Assembly: GCA_010909165.1 (NCBI GenBank)
Contig: MU008180.1
Coordinates: 123,884 to 187,883 of the forward strand
Direction: 5' to 3'
Origin: Anthoceros angustus
Taxonomy: Eukaryota > Plantae > Anthocerotophyta
DNA length: 64,000 bases
The notes under the pieces were generated by a model. The model was not told where the DNA came from. It did not search any database and was given only the letters and a program-made list of their open reading frames with translations. Shown piece by piece: positions 34,086 through 47,469 of the stretch (positions within the stretch are counted from its first letter, which is position 1; each line of letters begins with the position of its first letter). A program made the translations under genes and the position numbers.

Positions 34086-36190
34086 CTATTTGGGGCCACT
34101 TACCCTATTATCCCTCCACAGGCCTCCTAGGCCGCCTATGTTCTCCTCTTGCTCTTCTCCTCTTGGGGGTTGGGCAATCTCTCCACAAAATCTCCACCTC
34201 CTCGAGCTGGACTCCTCCCTCTCTTGTGCTCGCCGCTTACTCCTCCTCGGTGAGCTCTTGAATCTGGATGGGTCGGTGAAAGTCTCCCGTGAGTCCAACC
34301 CATAGGTAGGATCCGGTGCCGTCAAGGCATGGATCAAGTACCTCCATGTCCCCCCTGTGCCCACAACCACATAAACTTTCAGGGAGACAATCTTCTCTCC
34401 GGCCAAGGAGAATCCGGGCACATGATTATCTTGATAAGCATCCCTCAATCTAATGCACCATTGGGAAGTTAGACTTCTTAGGCGGTGCTTACCGCTCCCC
34501 AGCTGTTGTCCTCCTCCAGTCTTATTTGCCCCTTTCTTCCTTCTTTGGCTTTGGTCTTGGAGCTTATTCTGTTGTCTAGCAGTGCAGTGCTTCCCTAGCA
34601 ACCCGGTGCTTGCTTAGCAACCTCCTCGGCTGCTAACTCGGCAATGATTCTTCCATAGGAGCCTCGCCTCTTCCACGGTGGCCCTCCTTGCAATCCAGCC
34701 CTCTTGGCCTCCTTCCACCTTTCCTAGCCTCGTCCCTCTCCTTCTGCGCCGGTGAGGCATCCGAGGTTTCGGCCACTTGTGCATCGAAATAACATTCTGC
34801 AGCTCTCCTATGGTGCTTTGTGTCGGAGAGCCATGAGGCTTCTGGTCCTTAGACTTGCAACTCCTCTCGGACCTTCCCTATTTCCACTTCCAAGCTGCTT
34901 AGGCGTCCCTCCAAAACCTCCTTCTCCTTCTTCATCTTCTGGAGCTCCTCCAGCTGCTCCCCTTGTTGCTTCCCTTGCTGCGCCTGTAAACCTAACAAGG
35001 AGAGGACCAGAGCTATCTGATCTTCCATCTCGCCCCTGGTGCGTGCCATAGCTGAAACCAACTCCTGTAGGGTGATGTTAGGTCCCCAGACCTTGCTGGG
35101 AATGGGCTCCCTCCTTCCTATCTGTCGCAGCTGACCGCCCCCTGTCACAACTTCCGGGGTATACTTGAAAGACACTTCCTTGAACAGGTAGTCACTCTCT
35201 CGGATCAGCTCGGCTGTGCCCAAGGGTTGGTGATTCCTCCTGTTGACTGTGGTTTCCCGGCCCCAGGCTCCACAGGATATTGGTGCTGCCAGCCTTGCCC
35301 TTGTCTTGTACATCCGGTGAGCTCCCGTGCGCTCTTGTGGCTCTAGGTGTGTTGGAGTCCCCGTTGCTCCCGGCTCCTCTTGGTACTGTTGGGGCCTTAG
35401 CAGCTGTTGCCTTGTTAGCAACCCTTGGTACTACCTTAGCCAGTCACATTCCTTTCATGGACACTTGGACTTCTCATCTTCACTCCCGGTGCCCGAGATG
35501 GCCTCTTCCTCGACTCCTCTTTGGGCTTCCTTCTTTCAAACACGGCCTCCAGTGAAAGGTGAGACCATCTCCATTCCCTCCGGCAACTGGCATGGTCAAA
35601 ACGTGGATTAAGAAGGGAGATAGAGGCGAGGGCTAGGTGATGGTAGGGTCAAGTGGTCCCTCTCACACTGTTGTGTCATAGAACATCCGGCCCAATCTAT
35701 CTTGGACCCTCTCACCACCTCATAGAAAGACAAGGAAATGGTCGGCAATGTGCTCCAGCTTCTTAGTGAGTGAGAGCAGGATCCACTGGCTAATCCGGCC
35801 CTCGGTCTAGCTTGTTGGTGACCCAGCCATTCTCCACTCTAGACAATGTGGGAGCAATGACCGCTTGTGCCTCCTGCGACTTTTGAGGAGATGGTTTCTG
35901 AAAGGTCAATGATTATCCGCCACATTCCTCTTGGTCTCTCATAAACAGCCCGAACAATGAATATTCCAGTGCGGGGTTGGTCCTCACGTTGCCTTCCCCA
36001 ATGGCCTTCTCCCTCATGCGCTCTGCACACTCCAAAACCAACGTGGGCTATTGTAGCACCACTTTTTGTCCATGAAGGACGGTGATGCTTAGCCACCAAA
36101 GACCCCGCCTTCACTCTCCGATTGCCCCATATTGGGCCATTGGGCGATCGTAATGGCCTCAATGGCGGCCGGATTCTTCTTAGGCGCCAT
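34086..36190 (-). pseudogene. G2 accessory (env-position) ORF, copy A (copy B about 36450-38267; 3' part again at 51917-52830)
   Basis: MAPKKN...ED.P(HWNIH)IVRAVYERPRG...SRVENGWVTNK...FYEVVRGSKIDWAG...SPLASISPFLIHVL, read across frameshifts; coiled coil QLEELQKMKKEKEVLEGRLSSLEVEIGKVREEL. Confidence 0.8.
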
Positions 36191-38231
36191 GCTCCTGTCC
36201 CGAATTCAACTTAGACAGCAAAGGCGGGATCCCCACAGCCGAACAGCCGCTCGGCTTCGGCCTCCGCGGTGGCGAGTGTCACCTGATTTTGCCGGGCGGA
36301 ATCGCAATCCGGTTCGCGGTGACCCACTGCGCCGTCACCATCTCCGCGCTTGGTGGCCGCGGTGATGTTCCGGCCCCTCGTGTACTCTGCCCGGCGACTC
36401 GGCGCTTGCCGGCGGTGACCCCCACCTTCTGGTTATAAGAATCCCTATGTTTTCCGGACCTCCATGTCCCTCGTGCCCACAACAACATAAACTTTCGGGG
36501 AGATAATCTTCTCTCCACCAAGGAGAATCCGGGCACATGATTATCTTGATAAGCATCCTCAATCTAATGCACCATTGGGAAGTTAGACTTCTTAGGCGGT
36601 GCTTACCCGCCTCCCTGCTTTGTCCTCCTCCCGATCTTCTTGCCTTTCTTCCTTCTGGCTTTGGTCTTGGAGCTTGTTGTTGCTTCCTAGCAAGAGTCTG
36701 GCTTCCCTCAACGGCGGTTGCTTGCTTAGCAACCTCCTCGGCTGTTGCTAACTCGGCAACAGATTCTTCCATAGGAGCCTCTGCCTCTTCCACGGTGGCC
36801 CTCCTTGCAATCCTGGCCCTCTTGGCCTCCTTCCAGCCTTTCCTAGCCTCGTCCCTCTCCTTCTGTAGCGCTCAGCGAGGGCATCCGAGGTTTCAGCCTG
36901 CACTTGTGCATCTGAAATAACATTCTGCAGCTCTCCTATGGTGCTCTGTGTGTCGGAGAGCTGAGCCATGAGGGCTTCCTGGTCCTTAGACTCACGCAAC
37001 CCCCTGACCTTCCCTATTTCCACTTCCAAGCCGCTAGGCGTCCCTCCAAAACCTCCTTCTCCTTCTTCATCTTGAGCTCCTCCATGCTCCCTGTTGCTTC
37101 CCTTGCTGCTGTAAACCTAACAAGGAGAGGACGAGCTATCTCGATCTTCCATCTCGCCCTGTGCCATAGCTGAAACCAACTCGAGGGTGATGTTAGGTCC
37201 CGGACCTTCTGGAATGGGCTCCCTCCTTCCTATCTGTCAGACCGACCGCCTCACACAACTTCCGGTATACTTGAAAGCCACCGCTTGAATGTAGTCACTT
37301 TCTCGGACCCGCCGTGCCCAAGGGTTGGTGATTCCTCCTGTTGACTGTGGTTTCCCGCCCCTGCCCTGGATATTGGTGCTGCCCCGGCCTTGCCCTTGTC
37401 TTGCTTCGCCTGTGTGAGCTCCCGTGCGCTCTTGTGGCTCTAGGTGTTGGAGTCCCCCCGGCTCCTCTTGGTACTGTTGGGGCCTTAGCAGCTTGTTTTG
37501 TTAGCAACATGCTACCTTAGCCACGGTCACATTCCTTTCATGGACACTTGGACTTCTCATCTTCACTCCCGGTGCCGGAGATGGCCTCTTCCTCCGACTC
37601 CTCTTGGGCTTCCTTCTTTCAAACACCGGCCTCCAAATGAAAGGTGAGACCATCTCCATTCCCTCCAAAGAACTGGCATGGTCAAAACGTGGATTAAGAA
37701 GGAGATAGATGAGGGGCTAGGTGATGGTAGGGTCAAGTGGTCCCTCTCCCTCGCATGTCATAGAACATCCGGCCCAATCTATCTTGGACCCTCTCACCAC
37801 CTCATAGAGAAAGACAAGGAAATGGTCACAATGTGCTCCTTCTTAATGAGTGAGAGCACAGGATCCACTGGCTAATCCGGCCATTTCGGTCTAGCTTGTT
37901 GGTGACCCATTCTCCACTCTAGACAATGTGGGAGCAATGACTTGGCCTCCTGCGACTTTTGAGGAGATGGTTTCTGAAAGGGTCAATGATTATCCGCCAC
38001 ATTCCTCTTGGTCTCTCATAAACAGCCGAATAAATTGAATATCCCGGGGTTGGTCCTCACGTTGCCTTCCCCAATGGCCTTCTCCCTCATGCGCTCTGCA
38101 CACTCCAAAACCAACGAGGGGCTATTGTAGCACCACTTTTTGTCCATGAAGGACGGTGATGCTTAGCCACCAAAGACCCCGCCTTCACTCTCCGGTGCCC
38201 CATATTGGGCCATTGGGCGGTCGTAATGGCC

Positions 38232-38966
38232 TCAATGGCGGCGAGGAGTATTCTTCTTAGGCGCCATGCTCCCTGTCCCAAATTCCCGCTTAGCCACCAA
38301 GACTGGAGGATGCCTCGCCGGCTCCACTGGCGAGTGTCCGCCTGATTTTACGCCGGAATCCGCAATCACGTGCAGGACTGTGCACTTGCCCCACCCCCTA
38401 TCCGCTCGGTGACCGGCTTCGATTATTCCAGCCCTCGTGTTACTCCTGCTCCGCCACGGCATGCCCAACGACTTGTGGCGTGACCATGCTGCCTCGGTTA
38501 TAAGAATCCCTATGTTTTCCGGGACATTCCTCGATCGCCCAGGCTTCCTGTCCCGACCACACCGCTTTTCCACCAATTTTGCGGGAGTTCCTGGCCATAC
38601 TGGCCTATCAACCCACCGTGCTCTTCCCAACTTCTTGCGGCACCGCGCCCGCGCACCGCCCGCCCTCTGCGCCGCCCCGGACGCCACCAATCGATTCGGT
38701 CCTCCCTGCGCGCTCGTCGCTGATGCCGCCAGCGACTCCCGGCTGTGCCACGCCCTTGTGTCGCCGGCGTTCGCTCGGTCTCCGTCCACGTGCGCCGAGC
38801 TTGAGGCGGCGCCGTCTTCAATCCGCTGGATTCGATGCAAATCCTCTTCCCCTTTGTTCTTAATTGCCAATAGGACCCCCTTACTTCCGTTTGGGTATTC
38901 CTTGTAATTCCATCGATTGGATTTTCCGAAGTCATTGGAAAGAAACTCCAACTTGGTTGCTACCAT
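38232..38966 (-). other. G2 second post-integrase ORF of unknown function (further copies start near 40800 and 42585)
   Basis: MVATKLEFLSND(L)ENPIDGITRNTQTEVRGSYWQLR..KRICIESSGLKTAPPQAR...RKKLGRARWVDR, reconstructed from three differently frameshifted copies. Confidence 0.45.
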
Positions 38967-39379
38967 AGCAACAGCTCCGAGTCGGTTGTGGTCATAGCAG
39001 CAGCCTGTAGCCTAGCAACGCGTTAGCAACGAGCGGAACCCTCCGAGGTTACATCCGGGATCGGGACTAGACTCTCTTCCTCCTACTAGGCTCTAGTAGA
39101 CTTTTCTTTATTCCTAACCTACTTCACATTCCAACTCCACACGATTCTCACTTAAACACAAAACAAAAAAACACTCCTTTCCGAGTGCGGTACCCATGTG
39201 GTCACCACATACTCCCTTCTCATTTGTTGGCGTCCCGCCAACTTATTAATGTCTACTTCACATTCCAACTCCACACGATTCTCACTTAAACACAAAACAA
39301 AAAAACACTCCTTTCGAAATTACCCATGTGGTCACCACATACTCCCTTCTCATTTGTTGGCGTCCCGCCAACTTATTAA

Positions 39380-42300
39380 TACTTCTTCACGCGCCAACCA
39401 TTGACCACGGTTGTAGTCCATCAAGTTGCGTTGTATGGATCCATTGTCGAACACTTGCAGCACCTGTAGGGACCCATCCATCTAAGATGCGACTTCGAAG
39501 TGCATGTACTGTTATCATACAACGCCAAGTCCCGGAACAACGTACTCTTGTTTTGACTTGGTCATGCCATTCCTTCCTCTTCTCTTGGATGTTACGTGCC
39601 AAGGCTTGTTCCTATTCTCCATGTGCTGAACAAAGCCTATGAGCCTCTCAAGCGGCTCTCCTCCACCGTCATCCTCTTATGCTCTTGGACTCTCAAGCGT
39701 TGGCACTTCAAACTCAATGGGCATGGTGGTGAGTGCCCATAGGTGAGGTAGTAGAGTCTGTTGTGTGGTCACCTTCTCACTGTCTGTCGCCCTGGCGAGT
39801 GAAGCTTCCGGTCCCAATCGTAGGTGTAGGTGGCGGTCAACTTGTTGAGGATCACGCAAGCAATCCATTAGCTTTCTCCGTGAGTCCATTCGCCTTGGGG
39901 TTGTAGGGGTGGTCTTCCTGTGGCTGATGTTGAAGTACTTCACCATGTGTGAGATCACCTCGTTGATGAAATGGGTACCCACCCATTCCAACGAACTGCT
40001 TGTAATGATGTACTCAAACAAGAACACAGCCACCACATTTGTGTCCACGGGCAAGGCTTGAGCTTCCACCATGCAGTACGGTGGTCCGTTGCTACGAATA
40101 TATTGATTTTGGTCCCTTGGTCTTGGTCATTGAAGTCTATCCCCACTTTCAAAGGCGCCAAGGCTAGGATAGGGACCAATGGCCCTTGTGTGGTCTGGTT
40201 GGCTTCAACCCTTTGACATGCATCTGGCAGCTTGATGAACTCCCTAGCATCTATGTGCAAGGTTGGCCACCAATACCACCTCCAAGATCTTCTTACAGTC
40301 ACGTTGGCGGCGTGACCATGCTCCACCTTCTGGTTATAAGAATCCCTATGTTTTCCGGACATTCTCGAGAATGCTTGGGCACGTGCTGTCGCCACCGCTT
40401 TTCCACCTTTGCAGCGGTTTCTGGCCACTTCACTGGCCCTATCAACCCACCGTGCTCTTCCCAACTTCTTGCGCACCAGCCGCGGCTTTTGCTCGCCCTT
40501 GACCTCCATCCGCGCATCCTCCGGACCGCCACCAATCACGATTGGTCCTCCCTGCGCGCTCGTCGTGATGCCTCAGCGACTCACGTGCCTTCCCTTGTGT
40601 CGCCGGCGTTCGCTCCGTCTCTCCAATTCGCTCGAGCTTGAGGCGGCGCCGTCTTCAATCCGCTGGATTCGATGCAAATCCTCTTCCCACTTCTTAATTG
40701 CCAATAGGACCCCCTTACTTCCGTTTGGGTATTCCTTGTAATTCCATCGATTGGATTTTCCAAGTCATTGGAAAGAAACTCCAACTTGGTTGCTACCATA
40801 GCAACAGCTCCGAGTCGGTTGTGGTCATAGAGCCACAGTAGCAACGGCCCTAGCAACGCGTTAGCAACGGTCGAGCCAACCCTCCGAGGTTGTCCGGGAT
40901 CGGGACTAGACTCTCTTCCTCCTACTAGGCTCTAGTAGACTTTTCTTTATTTCCTAACCTACTTCACATTCCAACTCCACGATTCTCACTTAAACACAAA
41001 ACAAAAAAACACTCCTTTTTGAGTACCCATGTGGTCACCACATACTCCCTTCTCATTTGTTGGCGTCCCGCCAACTTATTAATAATACTTCTTCACGCAA
41101 CCATTGACCAGTTGTAGCGAATCCATCAAGTTCTTGCGGTATGGATCCATTGTCGAACACTTGCAGCACCTGTAGGGACCCATCCATCTAAGATGCGACT
41201 TCGAAGTGCATGTACTGTTATCATACAGCAAGTCCCGGAACAACGTACTCTTGTTTTTGCGACTTAGGTCATGCCATTCCTTCCTCTTCTCTTGGGCGTT
41301 ACGGGACGCCAAGGCTTGTTCCTATTCTCCATGTCTGAACAAAGCCTATGAGCCTCTCAAGCGGCTCTCCTCCACCGTCATCCTCTTATGCTCTTGGACT
41401 CTCAAGCGTTGGCACTTCAAACTCAATGGGCATGGTGGTGAGTGCCCATAGGTGAGGTAGTAGTCTGCGTGGTCACCTTCTCCATCTGTCGCCCTGGCAG
41501 CGAGTGAAGCTTCCGGTCCCAATCGTAGGTGTAGGTGGGTTCAACTTGTTGAGGATCTGCAAAGCAATCCATTAGCTTTCTCCGTGAGTCCATTCGCCTT
41601 GGGGTTGTAGGGGTGGTCTTCACTGGGCTGATGTTGAAGTACTTCACCATGTGTGAGATCACCTCGTTGATGAAATGGGTACCTGTCGCTAACCCAATTC
41701 AGCGCACCGTACCTTGTAATGATGTACTCAAACAAGAACACACTGGCCACCACATTTGTGTCCACGGGCAAGGCTTGAGCTTCCACCATGCGGTCAGTGT
41801 GTTGCTACGAATATATTGATTGGCTCCCCTTGGTCTTGGGTGAATCATTGGAAGTCAATCCCCACTTTTCAAAGGCGCCAAGGCTAGGATAGGGACCAAT
41901 GGCCCTTTGTGGTCTGGTTGGCTTCAACCCTTTGACATGCATCCTGGCAGCAGTGAACTCCCTAGCATCTATGTGCAAGGTTGGCCACCAATACCACCTC
42001 CAAGATCTTCTTACAGTCACGTTGGCGTGTGGTGACCTCCGGCCTCCTCCTCATGCAAGGCGGCGAGAACCCGGTCCTTTTGACCATCCTTGACCCACAA
42101 CCTCTCAACTCCATCGGCCCTACCATGCTTGTCTCGCTTAACAGCATGCGGAAGTATAGAACAACCTCTGTTGACAGGCGTTGTCGACTGTTGCTAAAAG
42201 CGAAAGACCTCCTCATAGGTGGCTGCCAAACTTCTCCCTCCCTTCTCATTTGGTCTGTACCTCCGTTTCCGATCAACTTGGCATTGGGCCTAGCACTCTC

Positions 42301-43850
42301 CTCCTCCGGACCGCCACCAATCACGATTGGTCCTCCCTGCGCGCTCGTCGTGATGCCTCAGCGACTCACGTGCCTTCCCTTGTGTCGCCGGCGTTCGCTC
42401 CGTCTCTCCAATTCGCTCGAGCTTGAGGCGGCGCCGTCTTCAATCCGCTGGATTCGATGCAAATCCTCTTCCCACTTCTTAATTGCCAATAGGACCCCCT
42501 TACTTCCGTTTGGGTATTCCTTGTAATTCCATCGATTGGATTTTCCAAGTCATTGGAAAGAAACTCCAACTTGGTTGCTACCATAGCAACAGCTCCGAGT
42601 CGGTTGTGGTCATAGAGCCACAGTAGCAACGGCCCTAGCAACGCGTTAGCAACGGTCGAGCCAACCCTCCGAGGTTGTCCGGGATCGGGACTAGACTCTC
42701 TTCCTCCTACTAGGCTCTAGTAGACTTTTCTTTATTTCCTAACCTACTTCACATTCCAACTCCACGATTCTCACTTAAACACAAAACAAAAAAACACTCC
42801 TTTTTGAGTACCCATGTGGTCACCACATACTCCCTTCTCATTTGTTGGCGTCCCGCCAACTTATTAATAATACTTCTTCACGCAACCATTGACCAGTTGT
42901 AGCGAATCCATCAAGTTCTTGCGGTATGGATCCATTGTCGAACACTTGCAGCACCTGTAGGGACCCATCCATCTAAGATGCGACTTCGAAGTGCATGTAC
43001 TGTTATCATACAGCAAGTCCCGGAACAACGTACTCTTGTTTTTGCGACTTAGGTCATGCCATTCCTTCCTCTTCTCTTGGGCGTTACGGGACGCCAAGGC
43101 TTGTTCCTATTCTCCATGTCTGAACAAAGCCTATGAGCCTCTCAAGCGGCTCTCCTCCACCGTCATCCTCTTATGCTCTTGGACTCTCAAGCGTTGGCAC
43201 TTCAAACTCAATGGGCATGGTGGTGAGTGCCCATAGGTGAGGTAGTAGTCTGCGTGGTCACCTTCTCCATCTGTCGCCCTGGCAGCGAGTGAAGCTTCCG
43301 GTCCCAATCGTAGGTGTAGGTGGGTTCAACTTGTTGAGGATCTGCAAAGCAATCCATTAGCTTTCTCCGTGAGTCCATTCGCCTTGGGGTTGTAGGGGTG
43401 GTCTTCACTGGGCTGATGTTGAAGTACTTCACCATGTGTGAGATCACCTCGTTGATGAAATGGGTACCTGTCGCTAACCCAATTCAGCGCACCGTACCTT
43501 GTAATGATGTACTCAAACAAGAACACACTGGCCACCACATTTGTGTCCACGGGCAAGGCTTGAGCTTCCACCATGCGGTCAGTGTGTTGCTACGAATATA
43601 TTGATTGGCTCCCCTTGGTCTTGGGTGAATCATTGGAAGTCAATCCCCACTTTTCAAAGGCGCCAAGGCTAGGATAGGGACCAATGGCCCTTTGTGGTCT
43701 GGTTGGCTTCAACCCTTTGACATGCATCCTGGCAGCAGTGAACTCCCTAGCATCTATGTGCAAGGTTGGCCACCAATACCACCTCCAAGATCTTCTTACA
43801 GTCACGTTGGCGTGTGGTGACCTCCGGCCTCCTCCTCATGCGAGAACCCG
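39380..43850 (-). pseudogene. G2 integrase, three tandem frameshifted copies (about 39380-40310, 41079-42100, 42864-43850)
   Basis: YWWPTLHIDAREF..C..CQ, PLAPFEKWGIDF, VEAQALP, FLFEYIITRYG, TTPYNPKANGLTEKANG, C-terminal LRWMGPY...NG..VKKYY*. Confidence 0.93.
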
Positions 43851-43869
43851 GTCCTTTTGACCATCCTTG

Positions 43870-46800
43870 ACCCACAACCTCTCAACTCCATCGGCCCTAC
43901 ATGCAGCTTGTCTCGCTCTTGCAGTGCGGAAGTATAGAACAACCTCATTCTGTTGTAGCGGGCAGTTGGTATCGACTGTTGCTAAAAGCGAAAGACCTCC
44001 TCATAGGTGGCTGACTTCTCCCTCCCTTCTCATTTGGTCTTTGTACCCGTTTCCGATCAACTTGGCATTGGGCCTAGCACTCTCCTCCTCCTCCGGCAAA
44101 GCTTCATCCAGGAAAATGATCTTCTTGATCACGCTCCACCTTCCGTCTTCAAGCGGGACAAGTAGTCGGCATTCACATGCTTCTTCCCCTCACGTGTCTC
44201 CACCGTGAATGTGAACTCTTACTGTGGATCCAAGCGAGCTATGCGACCGAAGATCCGCCTTGTTGACAAGATGCTTGAGAGCAAAATGGTCAACATGGAA
44301 CACGAACTCATAGGAGAGGAGATAATGGCGAAACTTCTTGAATACACCATCCCAAGGGCTTCCCTTTCATTGTTGTGTACTTGCGCTCCGCATCGGTGAG
44401 TTGCCGTCTGCGTAGTAGATTGGGTAGTCCTCTTCTTGTCATCCGGCTCAAGGCTCAATCCAATGGCGGAAACATCTACGAAACATGGAACTTCTTGTTC
44501 GATCCGGTCCCTTGAGGGTTGGGCTGTACGTGGTCCTCAAATCTTGAAATCTGCCTCCCTCTCGTTGTCCGGTCCACTCTTGGTCCTTCCTCAACAAGCT
44601 GGTCAAGTGGCAGCCCTCCTAGCAAAGTTAGGCACAAAGCGTCGGTAGTAGCCCACCATGCCAAGGAACCCCGGAGTTCCTTGAGAGTTGTTGGAGCTTC
44701 GGGGCAACAATCATCTTCACCTTATGCGGATCAACTTGATGCCCGTCTTTGAGTCGTGCCCCAACAAAATCCTCCATGCCAAAGTAGCATTTCTCGGGAT
44801 GTAGGCAAAGTTGAGTTTCACGACACCTGCACGCAAGTGATCCGGTGCTCCTCCACACTCCCAAACACACAAAATCATCTAGGAATACCTCCATGAACTT
44901 GTGGAGATACTCCTTGAAGATCTCAACCATGCTCCGCATGAAGGAAGGCGCTCAATCCGAGCACTCCTCTTGTGCGAAGGTCCCAATCCGTTGTGAAGGC
45001 TGGGGCAGTCACTCTCCCTCAAGTGCGATTGTACCCAGTGCAGGTCAGCAGTACACATCTTCCACCACCAAGTCCGGGATGTTGTCGATGAATGGCGAGG
45101 AAATGGTCCTTCTTGGTTGCTTTGTTGAGCTTCCTCCGGTCTTGGCATACTCGAATCTTTCCAGCTTCTTGAACCACAACAATTGGAGCCACCCACTCCG
45201 TGTTCACGATTGGATAGATGGCGTCGCCTTCAAGTACAATTCAAGCTGCTCCTTCACCTTTGGTACTTTGGGTTCAGCTTGTATTGGGAATCGCCGGAGT
45301 CGCTCCGGCTCCAAATCGATCCTATGCTCCCCCTTCTTGGGAATCCCTTCATGTCACCTCGAGGCAAACACGTCGATGAACTCGGCAAGGGCTGTTTCAT
45401 TCCTTCTTCCAACGCTGGTTCCGGTATCGTGCAAACTTCAGCACCTTCCGGGCAATACCTCCACATCCTTAATCTCGTCCTACCCATTCTCGCTCCACGG
45501 GTCTTGAACTCTCACCAAACCCTTCCTCCGGTTCACGAGGTCCTCTTCCCTCATCCCCACTCCCTAAATAGGTCCTCGGAGGTGAATCGAATGATCCTGG
45601 CTCACCCTCGGCTGACTGTTGTTGTCCTCGTTGCTTCCTTAGCCTTTTCGAGAATCATGCTTCCTTAGCGCTCTTGTTAGCGGTGGTTGTCGCTCTCCTT
45701 GATGCGGTCCTCCATGAAACCAAAGCGGTCCACCAAATTGAGGGAGTAAGGGATATCCCTCCTATACTCTTCCTCCTCATCGACCATGCGATATGTGCAA
45801 AGGAAATTTGTCCAGTTCCCCTTCTTCCTCCAGTCGGATGTTTCTCCGGATGTGTATCCTTCCGTTCTTTGTAGGAGTCTCCCCACGGTGGTATCCACTC
45901 CAACTCAAACAAATTCGCCTCCTTCGTCTTGGGGTCCCAATCCATTGGCTTAAAAGCCACTTCCTTCCTCCCCAAGTCATCTTGCATCTTGAGCCATCTG
46001 ACAGGTCCTTCCCAATAGGATGTCATGCCACAGGCGCCTTGTCTTGGATAACCACATAGTCCATGAGATAGGAATGGTCCCTATGATGGTGGTTACTCCT
46101 TGATTCTCCCACAGTGCATTTTTGACATGTCGGTAATCTCGGCCTGTGGTATGCTCAATGTCAACCCAAGCTTCCTGCTATTGTCCCTTCCGTCATGATG
46201 TTCACCCGGATCCGGTATCCAAGGGAACCGCTTGATGACGCCACGATCTCCACTTGCGACTCCGGCCCTTGGTCTATCATGGACACTAGGTTGTTGTGAA
46301 AGCACCTTGGTCTGGCTTGGGCAATCGCCTCTTCCTCTTGGGTTGCGCTTCTTGCAAGGCCTCGAACTTGTTGCACACTTGCCGGGTTGTCCTTCAATAG
46401 TTGACCAAGCGTGATAGCAAATTGCTGATCCATGATGGCTTGCAAGGTTAAATGGTCCTCGATCGGTCCCTCCTTCTTCCAGCGATCGCGGTTGCTCCCT
46501 TAGCAACAACGTCGGTTGCTTGCTGCGGCCGCCTTAGCAACGGTTGCTAACGGAGGACTTCTGCGATCTCGAGGATCACGAGCTCGGCGGTTTTGTTGTC
46601 TTGGTCAATTCCTCCTCTATCATCTCCATGACTTCCGGCGTCGTCCGGTGGAAACTCGGGTTCCTCTCCCTTTTCTTGGAACTTCTTTTCTCGATGGCCC
46701 CAGGCGATTCACTCCTTGATTCTTCCTTCTCGGGGTTCTCCTTCTCAAGTGTCTCCTCGGATCCGTTCCCTCCGGGCTTGGAGTGCTCTCTTGACTTTGT

Positions 46801-47452
46801 GGTGATTCCACCTCCGTCTCTTTCTTCTTTCATGACTTCCTCCTAGCTTTTCACTCCTAGTGCGCACCATGGCTGCTCTCGTAGTCTCCTCCACACCCCA
46901 GTCCATCTAGCTCCCGCAACACCATGGCTTCCTCCAGTCCTGACATACTCGAATCTTTCCAGGCTGCTTCTTAGGAACCACAACAATCGGAGCCACCCAC
47001 TCTGTGTTGACGATTGGATAGATGACGTCTGCCTTCAAGTACAATTCAAGCTGCTCCTTCACCTTCAGTAAGTACTTTGGGTTCAGCTTGTATTGGGGAA
47101 TTCGCACGGGAGTCGCTCCTGGCTCCAAATCGATCCTATGCTCCCCCCACTTCTTGGGAATTCCCTTCATATCTGTCACCTCGAAGGCAAACACGTCGAT
47201 GAACTCCTGTTTCATTCCTTCTTCCAACGCTGGTTCCACTGTGCAAACTTCAGCACCTTCCGGGCAATACCTCCACATCCTTAATCTCGTCCGCTTGTAC
47301 CCATTCTCGCTCCACGGTGCTGAACTCTCACCAAACCCTTCCTCCGGTTCACGAGGTCCTCTTCCCTCATCCCCACTCCTAAATAGGTCCTCGAGGTGAA
47401 TCGAATGATCCTGGCTCACCTTTGTCCTCTGTTGTCTCTCCTTCCTTAGCAA
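43870..47452 (-). pseudogene. G2 RT/RNase H (about 43870-45500) with a duplicated RT N-terminus (46907-47400) and an intervening protease copy (about 46100-46300)
   Basis: IDLEPGATPVRIPQYKLNPKY, EWVAPIVVVPKKQPGKIRVCQDWRK, KFMEVFLDDF, EREALGMVYS; protease LDTGSGVNIMT. Confidence 0.93.
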
Positions 47453-47469
47453 CCGTTGTTCACCGGTTT

